Counted from the stretch's first letter, positions 1 to 8,885 are shown. The stretch: 31,468 nucleotides of DNA from Candidatus Micrarchaeota archaeon (GCA_040754495.1 JBFMCO010000050.1:1-31468), one strand, 5' to 3'. Notes: a model not told the origin generated them from the letters alone. Numbers and translations are program-made.

Positions 1-707
1 TCATGGAGAAGGCGGGCGTCCGGACGCCGAAGAAGATAAGCTCGCCGGAAAAAATCGACCGGCTCTGCATCGTGAAGGCGAGCGAGGCCAAAAGGTCGTA
101 CGAGCGGGCGTTCTTCCTTGCAAGGAGCTACGAGGAATACAAGGAGCGGAGCCAGGCGCTCCTCCGCGCCGGCAAGACGAGCGAGGAGCGGCTCGCAAGA
201 GCGACCGTGGAGGAGTACATAGTCGGAGCGCACTTCAACCTGAATTTCTTCTATTCGCCGGTCCATGAGGAGCTGGAGCTGCTCGGCATAGACACGAGGA
301 GGCAGACGAACATAGACGGCTTCCTCAGGATGCCCGCGGACGCGCAGCTCGAGCTCCTGCGCATGCAGCAGCCCTCCACCATAGAGGTCGGGCATATCGC
401 CTGCACGCTCAGGGAATCCCTCCTTGAGCAGGCATTCGACATAGGCGAGAGGTTCGTCTCGGCAGTGCAGAAGGAGTACAGGGACGGCATCATCGGGCCG
501 TTTGCCCTCCAGGGCGCTTTCATCGAGGACGACGGGGAGAAGTTCGTCTGCTTCGACGTGTCGCTCAGGATGCCCGGCTCCCCGGGAACAAGATTCACGC
601 CGTATTCGGGCTATCTTTTCGGGGAAAGCGTGAGCTTCGGCAGAAGAATCGCCATGGAGATAAAAGACGCGGAAAAGAAGAAGATGATGGAAAAGATAAC
701 GACCTAG
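1..707 (+). CDS. purP: PurP-family ATP-grasp enzyme (FAICAR synthetase-like, DUF1297), 5'-truncated by the window edge
   Basis: ERAFF, EEYIVGAHFNLNFFYSP, GIIGPFALQG and DVSLRMPGSPG segments resemble archaeal PurP-family C-terminal domains. Confidence 0.8.
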   Translation, partial: MEKAGVRTPKKISSPEKIDRLCIVKASEAKRSYERAFFLARSYEEYKERSQALLRAGKTSEERLARATVEEYIVGAHFNLNFFYSPVHEELELLGIDTRRQTNIDGFLRMPADAQLELLRMQQPSTIEVGHIACTLRESLLEQAFDIGERFVSAVQKEYRDGIIGPFALQGAFIEDDGEKFVCFDVSLRMPGSPGTRFTPYSGYLFGESVSFGRRIAMEIKDAEKKKMMEKITT

Positions 708-1117
708 TAGTAGCTCTCGGGCTGCGGCGTGTTCCCTATCATGAACGGGCCGAGCATCCTGTGCGCCTTGCGCGGCTTGTCCACGTTGATGGCGAAGATG
801 CCGTCCGTCTTGTCCCGCGAGAGCATCGAGAGCGCGGTCACGCATATCTTCTCGGTCTCGAGCATCTCGGTTATCTTGTCCATCGACTCGTTCGAGACGC
901 GGATGACGATGGCCTCCGGCGGCGTGGTCTGGAAGCCGTTGCGGGAGAGGATGTCCTGGGCCTTTCCGGGGTCCTTGACCTCAAGGCCTATTACCGCCTT
1001 GCCCCCGAGCACGTCAACCGACAGTCCCTCGATATTGACGCTGGACTTGCCCAGCACATATGATATGTCGGCAAGCAAGCCCACCCTGTCCTCTGACACT
1101 ATGGTAACCTGTTTCAT
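704..1117 (-). CDS. tandem ACT-domain protein
   Basis: EDRVGLLADISYVLGKSSVNIE is an ACT signature and a second ACT-like repeat follows; GGTGA SD before the ATG at 1117. Confidence 0.8.
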   Translation of the reverse strand: MKQVTIVSEDRVGLLADISYVLGKSSVNIEGLSVDVLGGKAVIGLEVKDPGKAQDILSRNGFQTTPPEAIVIRVSNESMDKITEMLETEKICVTALSMLSRDKTDGIFAINVDKPRKAHRMLGPFMIGNTPQPESYY

Positions 1118-1131
1118 CCCCATCACCAATT

Positions 1132-1431
1132 TTACAATAGCTGGACAAGATCGCCGCTTATGGCGTCCAGCGTCTTGAACGTCCTGTAGTTGTCCGATGG
1201 CCCGCCCATGAACGCCCTGACCTTGGCCTTCGTGACCGATTTCAGGACGCGCAGCTTCTCGCCCATAGTCAGGGAGAGCTCCTCCTCCCTGAGGAGGGTG
1301 CGCAGCTGCGAGGCGGCATCCACGACGACCTCGTATCTCATCGGGTCGTCATACATCTCTAGTTCAGTTGTCAGCCCCATTAGCTTCTTTTTCATCTTCG
1401 AACGGTTCTGGCGTATGCCAAACATAACCAT
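1132..1431 (-). CDS. hypothetical protein (99 aa)
   Basis: ORF fills the gap co-directionally with the ACT gene, host-like codon usage; no recognised motif. Confidence 0.6.
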   Translation of the reverse strand: MVMFGIRQNRSKMKKKLMGLTTELEMYDDPMRYEVVVDAASQLRTLLREEELSLTMGEKLRVLKSVTKAKVRAFMGGPSDNYRTFKTLDAISGDLVQLL

Positions 1432-1622
1432 CCCCCCACCGATAGGAACTACGGTTTAGGTGATATATATATGTTTCGAGCAAAACCATGTGAAAAAAAT
1501 CCCGAAATTTATAAAGTTTGTGCATAATTACACGGGATTTCTGTTACAATGTGTATATGATACAAATTATTAGGGAGGCCTAATGCCGCAAGCGATTAAT
1601 ACCTTCGGCACGAGAGAGACTC

Positions 1623-2507
1623 ATGCGCATAGTCATAGCGGACCAGATGGAAGATGAGGTGGTCGGCCGCATAAGGGCCCTTGGGGAGGTCTCGTACAGG
1701 CCGGCGGACCTGAAAGCCGCCCTGGCTGAAGCCGACGTCCTCGTAGTGAGGAGCGCAACGACGGTGACGAGGGCGCTCATATCAGGCACGAAGCTCAGGA
1801 TTGTAGCAAGGGCCGGAGTAGGCCTGGACAATGTGGACCAGGAGGCCTGCGTCGAGAAGGGCATAAAGGTCCTGAACACGCCCGGGGCGTCCACGAACGC
1901 CGTGGCGGAGCTGGCAGTAGGGCTCATCATCGGCGCGCTGCGCAACGTGCAGAAGGCGCACCACCAGATGAAGGGCGGCAGATGGGAGAAGAAGTCGCTG
2001 ACGGGCAGGGAAATCGAAGGCAGCACCCTCGGCATAATCGGATATGGCAGGATAGGGGCGGCTGTTGCCAGGAAGGCGCACGCGCTCGGGATGAAGGTCA
2101 TAGCCTACAACCCTCCGCCAAGGAGGGAGGATGACATAGCGACCTTCGTGGACCACCTCGATTCGTTCCTCGCGCACGCAGACGTGATATCACTGCACGC
2201 CGCCCTGACCGAGAGCACGAAGAACATAATCAACCGCGACACGATAGCGCAGATGAAGGATGGCGCAATCGTGATAAACACCGCGAGGGGGGAGATGGTG
2301 GACGAGGACGCTCTTTATGACGCCATAAAAAGCGGGAAGCTCGCCGGGGCCGCCCTCGACGTGTTCAGGCACGAGCCGTATTCCGGGAAGCTCCTCGAGC
2401 TGGACAACGTCGTCCTTACCCCGCATCTGGGTGCCGCCACCAAGGAGGCGCAGGCGAGAATCGGGGACGAGCTGGTCCGCCTCCTGAAGGAGGAGCTTAA
2501 AGGCTGA
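1623..2507 (+). CDS. serA: D-isomer-specific 2-hydroxyacid dehydrogenase (D-3-phosphoglycerate dehydrogenase-like, no C-terminal ACT)
   Basis: RAGVGLDNVD, GIIGYGRIG Rossmann motif, INTARG, ALDVF..EP, TPHLGA. Confidence 0.85.
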   Translation: MRIVIADQMEDEVVGRIRALGEVSYRPADLKAALAEADVLVVRSATTVTRALISGTKLRIVARAGVGLDNVDQEACVEKGIKVLNTPGASTNAVAELAVGLIIGALRNVQKAHHQMKGGRWEKKSLTGREIEGSTLGIIGYGRIGAAVARKAHALGMKVIAYNPPPRREDDIATFVDHLDSFLAHADVISLHAALTESTKNIINRDTIAQMKDGAIVINTARGEMVDEDALYDAIKSGKLAGAALDVFRHEPYSGKLLELDNVVLTPHLGAATKEAQARIGDELVRLLKEELKG

Positions 2508-2513
2508 GCGCCC

Positions 2514-2600
2514 ATGGCTTACGACATCGCGCTTGCGGCGCTCTCCCTCGTTTCCGGGGCCGCGGCCGCTTTCGCCATTGCATCTCTCATCGGCGTTTAA
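2514..2600 (+). CDS. possible 28-aa hydrophobic peptide
   Basis: MAYDIALAALSLVSGAAAAFAIASLIGV* starts 6 nt after the serA-like stop; below the ORF-track cutoff. Confidence 0.3.
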   Translation: MAYDIALAALSLVSGAAAAFAIASLIGV

Positions 2601-3240
2601 CCAGGTATTTTTTGAACCATTTGGCCGCCTGGTCAGCCACATCCTCGAGCGCGCCGGGCTCCTCGAACAGATGGCCGGCGCCGGGGATTATGGACATCTC
2701 CCTCTCGCACTGGAGGTTGAGGTATGCCTGCTGGTTCAGCTCTATTACCACGTCGTCGCTGCCGCCCACTATCAGCAGGGTGGGCGAGCGCACCTTCGAG
2801 AGAACCGGTATCACCATGTCCGGCCTTCCGCCCCGCGAGACCACGGCCTTTATCCGCGCCCCGAGCTGCGAAGCCGCGACAAGGGCCGCCGCGCTCCCGG
2901 TGCTTGAGCCGAAATAGCCTATGGGCATGCCCTTCGCTTCCGGCTGCTTCATCAGCCATTCTGTCACGGCCACGAGCCTCTGCGCGAGCAGCGGGATATT
3001 GAAGCGGGTCTCGTAGATGTAATCCTCCTCTTCGCTGAGAAGGTCGAAAAGGAGGGTGGCGAATCCGCGCGTACGCAGGAGGTTGGCCACGTAATTGTTC
3101 CTCGGGCTGAGGCGGCTGCTTCCGCTCCCGTGGGCGAATATGACGATGCCTTTCGGGCGCTTGGGCATGCCGAGCAGGCCTTCGAGGGCCATTGTCCCGA
3201 TTGGTATGTGGAGTGTCCGGACCTCCTCGGCCTTCTCCAT
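2587..3240 (-). CDS. dienelactone hydrolase-family alpha/beta hydrolase
   Basis: FAHGSGSSRLSPRN, GYFGSSTG nucleophile loop, VSRGGRPD, GAGHLFEEPG. Confidence 0.85.
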   Translation of the reverse strand: MEKAEEVRTLHIPIGTMALEGLLGMPKRPKGIVIFAHGSGSSRLSPRNNYVANLLRTRGFATLLFDLLSEEEDYIYETRFNIPLLAQRLVAVTEWLMKQPEAKGMPIGYFGSSTGSAAALVAASQLGARIKAVVSRGGRPDMVIPVLSKVRSPTLLIVGGSDDVVIELNQQAYLNLQCEREMSIIPGAGHLFEEPGALEDVADQAAKWFKKYLVKRR

Positions 3241-3241
3241 G

Positions 3242-3565
3242 CTATTCCTCTACCTCTGCTTCGACCGTGTCTGCTTCAACGGTCGCGACGACCTCTTTTC
3301 CGCCTTCGATTTTCTCGGCGAAATGAGTCGGCATCTTCCCCTTCGGGAAGACGACCGTATCCTTGTGCTTGAGCGGGAGCTGGAGCTCCTCGGCGAGGCG
3401 CACGAGCTCGGTCGTGGGTATGTAGTACTTGCACACGAGGAATGGCACCATGCCGTGGGCGGTCTTCTGCCTCTCGATGGTGAGCCTGTGGCTCTGCCTG
3501 AGGCCCGAGACGAAAACCTTCACGTCCACATAACCGCGCCTGAGTATCTCATCCTTGCTGATCAT
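3242..3565 (-). CDS. hypothetical protein (107 aa)
   Basis: GGAGGT SD before the ATG at 3565 (MISKDEILRRG...); lies between co-directional genes. Confidence 0.65.
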   Translation of the reverse strand: MISKDEILRRGYVDVKVFVSGLRQSHRLTIERQKTAHGMVPFLVCKYYIPTTELVRLAEELQLPLKHKDTVVFPKGKMPTHFAEKIEGGKEVVATVEADTVEAEVEE

Positions 3566-3599
3566 AAAAGCTACCTCCCAAGGAACCGCGGTTCCCTTG

Positions 3600-4325
3600 T
3601 CAGAACGTCCTCCCGACGCCTTCGAAGAAGAGCAGGCCGGGGCCTTTGCGCGCGCTGATTCGCTCCCCTTTCCGAAGCCGCCGGACGAAGATGCCATCCG
3701 TAATGAATGCGCAGTCGCTTCCGACGGTTATCGAGACCGAGCCGTCCTCCGGAAGGACACGCGGGGAGAAAGCGCGCTTGTAAGGACATATGGGGACTAG
3801 GCTTATTTTCCTTTCTGTTGGGCCCAATTTGGCCCCGCCGGCCGAATATGCGTATGCGGCCGAGCCCAGGGCGGTCGAGATAATCATGCCGTCGCCCTCG
3901 AATTGGGTTTCCTGTTTCCCGTTTCCAGTCTCGACGGATACTGTCATCTCCGCGACGCGGTAGTGCGTGGCATGGACTACTATGTCGTTCAGCGCCACAT
4001 GCCTTTCCTGGCCGAGCACGCACTCCACGGTCATGACTTTCTCCCTTCCGGGACGAGCGAGCAGCGCCTCCAGCCTCCCCTTCCAGTCGTCCCGATGAAG
4101 CTGGCATATGTAGCTCTTGTCGCTGCCTATGCCAAGGATGGCGCCTTCCAGGCGGCACCGGTGGTTCGCGTAGAGGATGGTCCCGTCGCCCCCGATGCAG
4201 ATTGTCGCATCGGCCCCTCTCGCCACAATCCTGTGCCCGCTGTCGCTGGATATGCGCTCGGTGAGTTCCCTGGCAAGCTCGCTGGCCCAGGGCTTCTTCG
4301 GGTTCGGGATGACCTTGAGCTTCAT
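3600..4325 (-). CDS. nadK: NAD kinase
   Basis: GGDGT motif, ALND, GDGMIISTALGSAAYAYSAGG; start placed at MKLKVIPNP. Confidence 0.9.
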   Translation of the reverse strand: MKLKVIPNPKKPWASELARELTERISSDSGHRIVARGADATICIGGDGTILYANHRCRLEGAILGIGSDKSYICQLHRDDWKGRLEALLARPGREKVMTVECVLGQERHVALNDIVVHATHYRVAEMTVSVETGNGKQETQFEGDGMIISTALGSAAYAYSAGGAKLGPTERKISLVPICPYKRAFSPRVLPEDGSVSITVGSDCAFITDGIFVRRLRKGERISARKGPGLLFFEGVGRTF

Positions 4326-4377
4326 GAAGCAATTCCGGATGCTGCTTTTTTTAATGCTGGCGGACGTTATGCTTTTC

Positions 4378-4839
4378 ATGCAGACTGAGCGGAGAAGGCA
4401 TGTCAGCCTCAGGTGCGCGATAGACGATTCCAAGCCGATGCAGAGGCGGCTTCTCATAGCTATGGCGAGGATGCTCGGGCCGGACGGCCTCGCGACCGCG
4501 GAGAGGGAGGCCGTGGACTGCTATAGCGACAGGCGCCTGCTGAGGCAGAAGATAAGGAGCGGGATGGAGCCTGAGAAGGCCGGGGTGGCCGTGCGCCTAT
4601 CCAAGCTCGCGCCTGGCGAGCTCCCGAAAACAGTCCTCGACCTCACGTTCGTAATCTTTTCCCTCAGCGATGGAACAGGCGCGGAGCTTGAGGCGGCAGG
4701 CATAAGGACCGTGGGGGATTTCGTTCCGAAAGGAGCGGAAGAGCTGAGGGGGCGGTGCCTGAGCGGAGCGGCGATTGAAGAGACCGGGAGGAAACTTTTC
4801 TTCTACGGAATCAGGAGCGCCAGTTTCGAGCCGCAATGA
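4378..4839 (+). CDS. hypothetical protein with a C-terminal RNA polymerase alpha-CTD/HhH-like segment
   Basis: LEAAGIRTVGDFVPKGAEEL...EETGRKLFFYG resembles the alpha-CTD pattern LKRAGIxTVGDLVxKxEEEL...EEIKxKL; start inferred. Confidence 0.55.
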   Translation: MQTERRRHVSLRCAIDDSKPMQRRLLIAMARMLGPDGLATAEREAVDCYSDRRLLRQKIRSGMEPEKAGVAVRLSKLAPGELPKTVLDLTFVIFSLSDGTGAELEAAGIRTVGDFVPKGAEELRGRCLSGAAIEETGRKLFFYGIRSASFEPQ

Positions 4840-4938
4840 AAAAGAGGAGAAAATAAAGAAGAATAAAAAATTGTATTGGACGTTCAGCCGAGCACTTCGA
4901 GGTCCGGGGAACTGCCGTTCCCCAGCTCTCGAGGTGCT

Positions 4939-6021
4939 CTAACCGAGCACCTCAAGATCCTGGCTGTAGGCCGGGACGTGGGATGCCTCTTCCTCGGAGA
5001 CGGTAGAGCCTGCGACGGACGCGCCCTTCACGCCGGTTACTATCGCGACGATTTCGAGCTTGCCCTCGTAGTTCTGCATTATTCTCGCGCCCCACTTGAC
5101 GTTGGCCTCGGCGTCCATCTTCTCGGTGACCATCTCGCCGGCCTTGATTGCGTCGCCGAGCGTGAGGTCGCTGCCGCCGGTGATGTGGATGAGCGCGCCC
5201 TTCGCGCCTTCGAAGTCCACATCAAGAAGCCTGTTCTTTATGACTCCCTCGGCCGCTGCCTTGACCTTGTCGTTGCCCTTGCCCTCGCCGACTGCGATGA
5301 AGCCGACTCCTCCGCCTTCCATGATGGCGCGGACGTCCGCGAAGTCTATGTTGATGAGCGACGGCTGGGTGATTGTCCATACGAGGCCGCTGATTGCCCT
5401 AGAGAGAATCTCGTCAGCAACAGCGAACGCCTCTGCCATGGGCAGGTTCGGGACCAGCTGGACCAGCCTGTTGTTGTCCAGGATGATGACCGAGTCGCAG
5501 TGCTTTTTGAGCGACTTGATGCCTTCATCAGCCCTCTTCTTCCTCGCGCGCTCGAGAGCGAACGGGTAGGTGACCATCGCGACTACGATGGCGCCCTGCT
5601 CCTTCGCGATCTGGGCGATAATCGGGGCTGCGCCGCCGCCGGTTCCGCCGCCCATGCCCGCGCATACGAAGACAAGGTGGGCTCCTTCGAGCTCCCTCTC
5701 CACGAGCGGCCTGTCCACCTCGCACGATTTCGCGCCGATGTCCGGGTATCCGCCCGCACCGAGGCCCTTGGTGACGGACTTTCCTATGAGCACTTTCTTG
5801 GCCCTCTCATGGACTATGTTGAGGTGCTGCTTGTCCGTGTTCACGGCCACAAGCTCGGTCCCCTTCACGCCGCTCTTTATGAGCCTGTTGATCGTGTTGT
5901 TTCCTGCGCCGCCGACACCGACGGTCACGATCTTGATGCTCTCCGAGCTCATCGCGTCCGAAGACTGCTTCTCAGCCTGCGGAGTGTTTTCCCCTACCAC
6001 GGATCTTACAAGGTCTTCCAT
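4939..6021 (-). CDS. ftsZ: cell division GTPase FtsZ (archaeal FtsZ2-like)
   Basis: GVGGAGNN, GGGTGGG tubulin-signature variant, PFALERAR, T7 loop INIDFAD; GGTGA SD. Confidence 0.97.
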   Translation of the reverse strand: MEDLVRSVVGENTPQAEKQSSDAMSSESIKIVTVGVGGAGNNTINRLIKSGVKGTELVAVNTDKQHLNIVHERAKKVLIGKSVTKGLGAGGYPDIGAKSCEVDRPLVERELEGAHLVFVCAGMGGGTGGGAAPIIAQIAKEQGAIVVAMVTYPFALERARKKRADEGIKSLKKHCDSVIILDNNRLVQLVPNLPMAEAFAVADEILSRAISGLVWTITQPSLINIDFADVRAIMEGGGVGFIAVGEGKGNDKVKAAAEGVIKNRLLDVDFEGAKGALIHITGGSDLTLGDAIKAGEMVTEKMDAEANVKWGARIMQNYEGKLEIVAIVTGVKGASVAGSTVSEEEASHVPAYSQDLEVLG

Positions 6022-6297
6022 TTTTTCACCTTTTTCTTTGGTCGCCTTTGGTTTTCATGGGTTTTCTCTCATGAATTTGAGAGTGGAAAGAAGGCGCTCC
6101 GGCGATTTAAATAGATTTGTTTTGACGGCGGAGAAGAAGAGACACAAATAACTAGAGAGAAAAACAAAGTTACGATTTTCGAGGGAAAAATTTAAATGCA
6201 TTTAGTGAATACATTTATCGCTTCCAGTACGATTGTGGAAATCGCATGGTGCGATGGTCGTATTGTGAGTGGCAATCCATGCACAACGGGGGAAAAG

Positions 6298-6513
6298 ATG
6301 GTTAAAGTAATAACGATAATGGACGACGTATACGCCGACTTGTACAAGCTGAAGAAGTCCAAGAACATGAGCTTTTCCGAGCTGTTCCGCCATCTTCTCA
6401 AGGAGCGCAGGGAAAGCGGCAGCATCATAAGCCTGGCAGGAAGCATAGGGGAGCAGGACATCAACCGTAGGGCCGTGGAGAAGATAAAGCGGGAGATGGT
6501 CTGGAACAGGTAG
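6298..6513 (+). CDS. VapB-type antitoxin (DUF217-like)
   Basis: MVKVITIMDDVYADLYKLK...SFSELFRHLL, directly upstream of a PIN gene. Confidence 0.75.
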   Translation: MVKVITIMDDVYADLYKLKKSKNMSFSELFRHLLKERRESGSIISLAGSIGEQDINRRAVEKIKREMVWNR

Positions 6514-6519
6514 GTCGGA

Positions 6520-6894
6520 ATGGAAAAGATATGCCTTGATTTCGAGACCGCGCTCGATTTCCTTAGGGGAGACCCTGGGACCATAGAGAAGCTCGGGTAT
6601 TACGCGGACCGGGAGGAGATTTGCGTCACCAGCTTCACGCTGATGCAGCTTCACGAGGCGGTTAGCAAGCAGGACGTGGTCTCGGCCTTCGCGGCCAACG
6701 TGACGATACTGCCTTTCGATGGCAAGGCCGCCCAGAACGTCGCGAAAATCATGAACGAGCTGCGCGAGCGCGGCGACGGCGGCGAAATCACCGACAGCGT
6801 GCTGACCGCGGCCATCTGCATAGCGAACGACGCGCTCATATACTCGCGCGCGCCGGCCAAGTTCGCGAGGATAAAGGGGCTCAAGAAGGTGTGA
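6520..6894 (+). CDS. VapC-like PIN-domain protein with a degenerate active site
   Basis: ICLD, ILPFD..AA, LTAAICIAND pattern of the VapC fold; several acidic residues are replaced. Confidence 0.8.
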   Translation: MEKICLDFETALDFLRGDPGTIEKLGYYADREEICVTSFTLMQLHEAVSKQDVVSAFAANVTILPFDGKAAQNVAKIMNELRERGDGGEITDSVLTAAICIANDALIYSRAPAKFARIKGLKKV

Positions 6895-6895
6895 A

Positions 6896-7729
6896 ATGAA
6901 GGCCGTTGCGCTCATCGTGCTTGCCGTGCTTTTCATGGGCTGCGCAGGCCAGCAGGCGCCAGAAGCCCCTGAAAGCCAGGCCGGAACCCAGAGTCCGCCC
7001 GATGCGCCGGCCGCTGGGGAGGGCGGCACTGGGGCTGACGGGGATGCCGCTCCGCAGGCGGATTCCGTGGCAGAAACGCCTTCAGCGTCGCAAGCGCCTC
7101 CGGATGCGGGCGGCACCGTGCCGGGCGGGGATGCCGGCCCGGGCAATGACGAGGTGCTGCTTCTGGGGAGGTCGGTCGGCTATGGCTGGGCCGGGTACAT
7201 GGGCCTCGAATACGACGACGCCACAGGCACTTACAACGGCACTTACGGCGGCAACTCCATCAGGTACATGGAGGTGGCCGGACCGCCGGACATAGCGGGC
7301 TCGGCTACGGATGCGCTCGACGAATACGATTCCGGAGTGGTGTTCTTCAAATTGTGCTTCGTCGATTTCGGGTCCGAGTCCGGCGAGAGCCTCGCGGAGG
7401 ACGAGCAGTACGTGCAGGCAGTCTATGAGGAGGCGGTCACGAAGCGGGGGAGGAAGCTCGTTGTGGGAAACGCCCTGCCCCAGCTCGCATCATCCACCAC
7501 GCCGGGCATGCGCTACAACCACGAAAAATACAACGAATGGCTCTCGCAGTTCGCGGCCAGCCACGATGGCATCTACGTCCTGGACCTCTACGGGGCGCTT
7601 GCGGACGGGAGCGGCAATCTCAGGCCGGAATACGCGGCATCGCCGGATGATTCGCACCTCAACGGGAAGGGGTATGCTGCGATAACGCCCGCGCTCATGG
7701 ATGCGATAGGGCAGGCCAGGGCCGGCTGA
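6896..7729 (+). CDS. lipoprotein with an SGNH-hydrolase-like domain
   Basis: signal peptide with LFMGC lipobox, Pro/Ala/Gly/Asp linker, LLGRSVG, FKLCFVD, DDSHLNGKGY. Confidence 0.7.
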   Translation: MKAVALIVLAVLFMGCAGQQAPEAPESQAGTQSPPDAPAAGEGGTGADGDAAPQADSVAETPSASQAPPDAGGTVPGGDAGPGNDEVLLLGRSVGYGWAGYMGLEYDDATGTYNGTYGGNSIRYMEVAGPPDIAGSATDALDEYDSGVVFFKLCFVDFGSESGESLAEDEQYVQAVYEEAVTKRGRKLVVGNALPQLASSTTPGMRYNHEKYNEWLSQFAASHDGIYVLDLYGALADGSGNLRPEYAASPDDSHLNGKGYAAITPALMDAIGQARAG

Positions 7730-7777
7730 AACGCGCCCATGCGCCTCTTTTTTATTCCTTCATCGCAATCACTAACC

Positions 7778-8554
7778 ATGCCACTCAGGGCCCTTGTCCT
7801 CTATGGATACGGCATCAACTGCGAGAACGAGAGCAAATACGCCATCGAGAAGAGCGGCGGCTCGGCAGACATAATGCACCTGAACGCCGTGCTTGACAAC
7901 CCGAAGGTCCTCGAGGGCTACAACATGCTGATGATACCAGGTGGATTCTCCTTCGGGGATGATTTGGGCTCGGGCAAGGTGTTCGGGAACAAGATGAAGT
8001 TCCGCCTGCGCGGCCCGCTCGAGGAGTTCATCGCGGCCGGCAAGCTCGTCCTCGGCATATGCAACGGCTTCCAGGTCATGGTGAAGATGGGCCTGCTCCC
8101 CGAGCCGGATTTCCGCCAGAAGGTGAGCCTGACCACGAACGATTCCGGCCACTACGAGGACCGGTGGGTAATCCTCAAAGCCAACCGGGAATCCCCATGC
8201 GTCTTCACGAAGGGCCTTGACTTCATCCTTGTCCCGGTCCGGCACGGTGAGGGGAAGTTCATACCGAGGGACGGGGCCGTGCTCGATGAATTGAAAAAGA
8301 GCAACCAGGTGGTCTTCCAGTACGTGGATGAGAAGGGCAATTTGGCCGGCTTCCCGTGGAACCCGAACGGCTCGGTGGAGAACGTGGCCGGCATCTGCGA
8401 CAAATCCGGCCGCATATTCGGCATGATGCCGCACCCGGAGGCGTTCAATATCGTCGAGAACTGCCCGTACTGGGTGAAAGGGGCGATAAAGGAGCCCCTC
8501 GGATTGCGGCTGTTCAGGAATGCGGTGGAATACGCAAAAGAAAATGGGCTCTAG
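7778..8554 (+). CDS. purQ: phosphoribosylformylglycinamidine synthase glutaminase subunit
   Basis: GINCE, PGGFSFGD, GICNGFQ, HGEG, GMMPHPE. Confidence 0.95.
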   Translation: MPLRALVLYGYGINCENESKYAIEKSGGSADIMHLNAVLDNPKVLEGYNMLMIPGGFSFGDDLGSGKVFGNKMKFRLRGPLEEFIAAGKLVLGICNGFQVMVKMGLLPEPDFRQKVSLTTNDSGHYEDRWVILKANRESPCVFTKGLDFILVPVRHGEGKFIPRDGAVLDELKKSNQVVFQYVDEKGNLAGFPWNPNGSVENVAGICDKSGRIFGMMPHPEAFNIVENCPYWVKGAIKEPLGLRLFRNAVEYAKENGL

Positions 8555-8593
8555 TCCTGCGTTGCGGGATGCAGGAAACCGGATGCCGGCGGC

Positions 8594-8845
8594 CTACGAC
8601 TTTCCCCTGCAGAGCGCGACTCTCGCGAATGCGACCACGCCGATTATCAGGAACAGGACCGGCCATGCCATGGCGGCCTCGAAGCCGGGGAGCATGCCGA
8701 GATTCACCGGCACTGTTGCGGCGCCGAGCAGCATGAACAGGTATCCGGGCAGGTAGGCGTTCTCCGACTCGCAGCTGCCGCCGCACGAGCATCCGCCCTT
8801 CGACGGCTCCGGCACTGGCTTAGACGACTTTCTCTTTGGAGGCAT
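8594..8845 (-). CDS. small two-TM membrane protein with a Cys-rich N-terminus
   Basis: GGTGA SD, CSCGGSC then two hydrophobic helices. Confidence 0.6.
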   Translation of the reverse strand: MPPKRKSSKPVPEPSKGGCSCGGSCESENAYLPGYLFMLLGAATVPVNLGMLPGFEAAMAWPVLFLIIGVVAFARVALCRGKS

Positions 8846-8885
8846 AACTTCACCTATCAATAATTATGGGGGAAATATTAAAATC

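Noticed and set aside
1450-1575. AT-rich stretch as a replication origin or DUE
   Set aside because: No ORB repeats or cdc6/orc1 nearby; explained by divergent promoters
5776-5785. AGGAAAGTCC on the minus strand resembling RNase P RNA CR-I
   Set aside because: Lies within ftsZ codons and has no other RNase P elements
4876-6114. 412-aa plus-strand ORF
   Set aside because: Antisense shadow of ftsZ; long shadow ORFs are expected at this GC content (likewise 12093-13061, 20420-21739, 21827-23086, 25548-26897)
6222-6241. TTCCAG...GTGGAAA resembling an ORB
   Set aside because: The halves are separated by 7 nt, there is no G-string and it is a single copy
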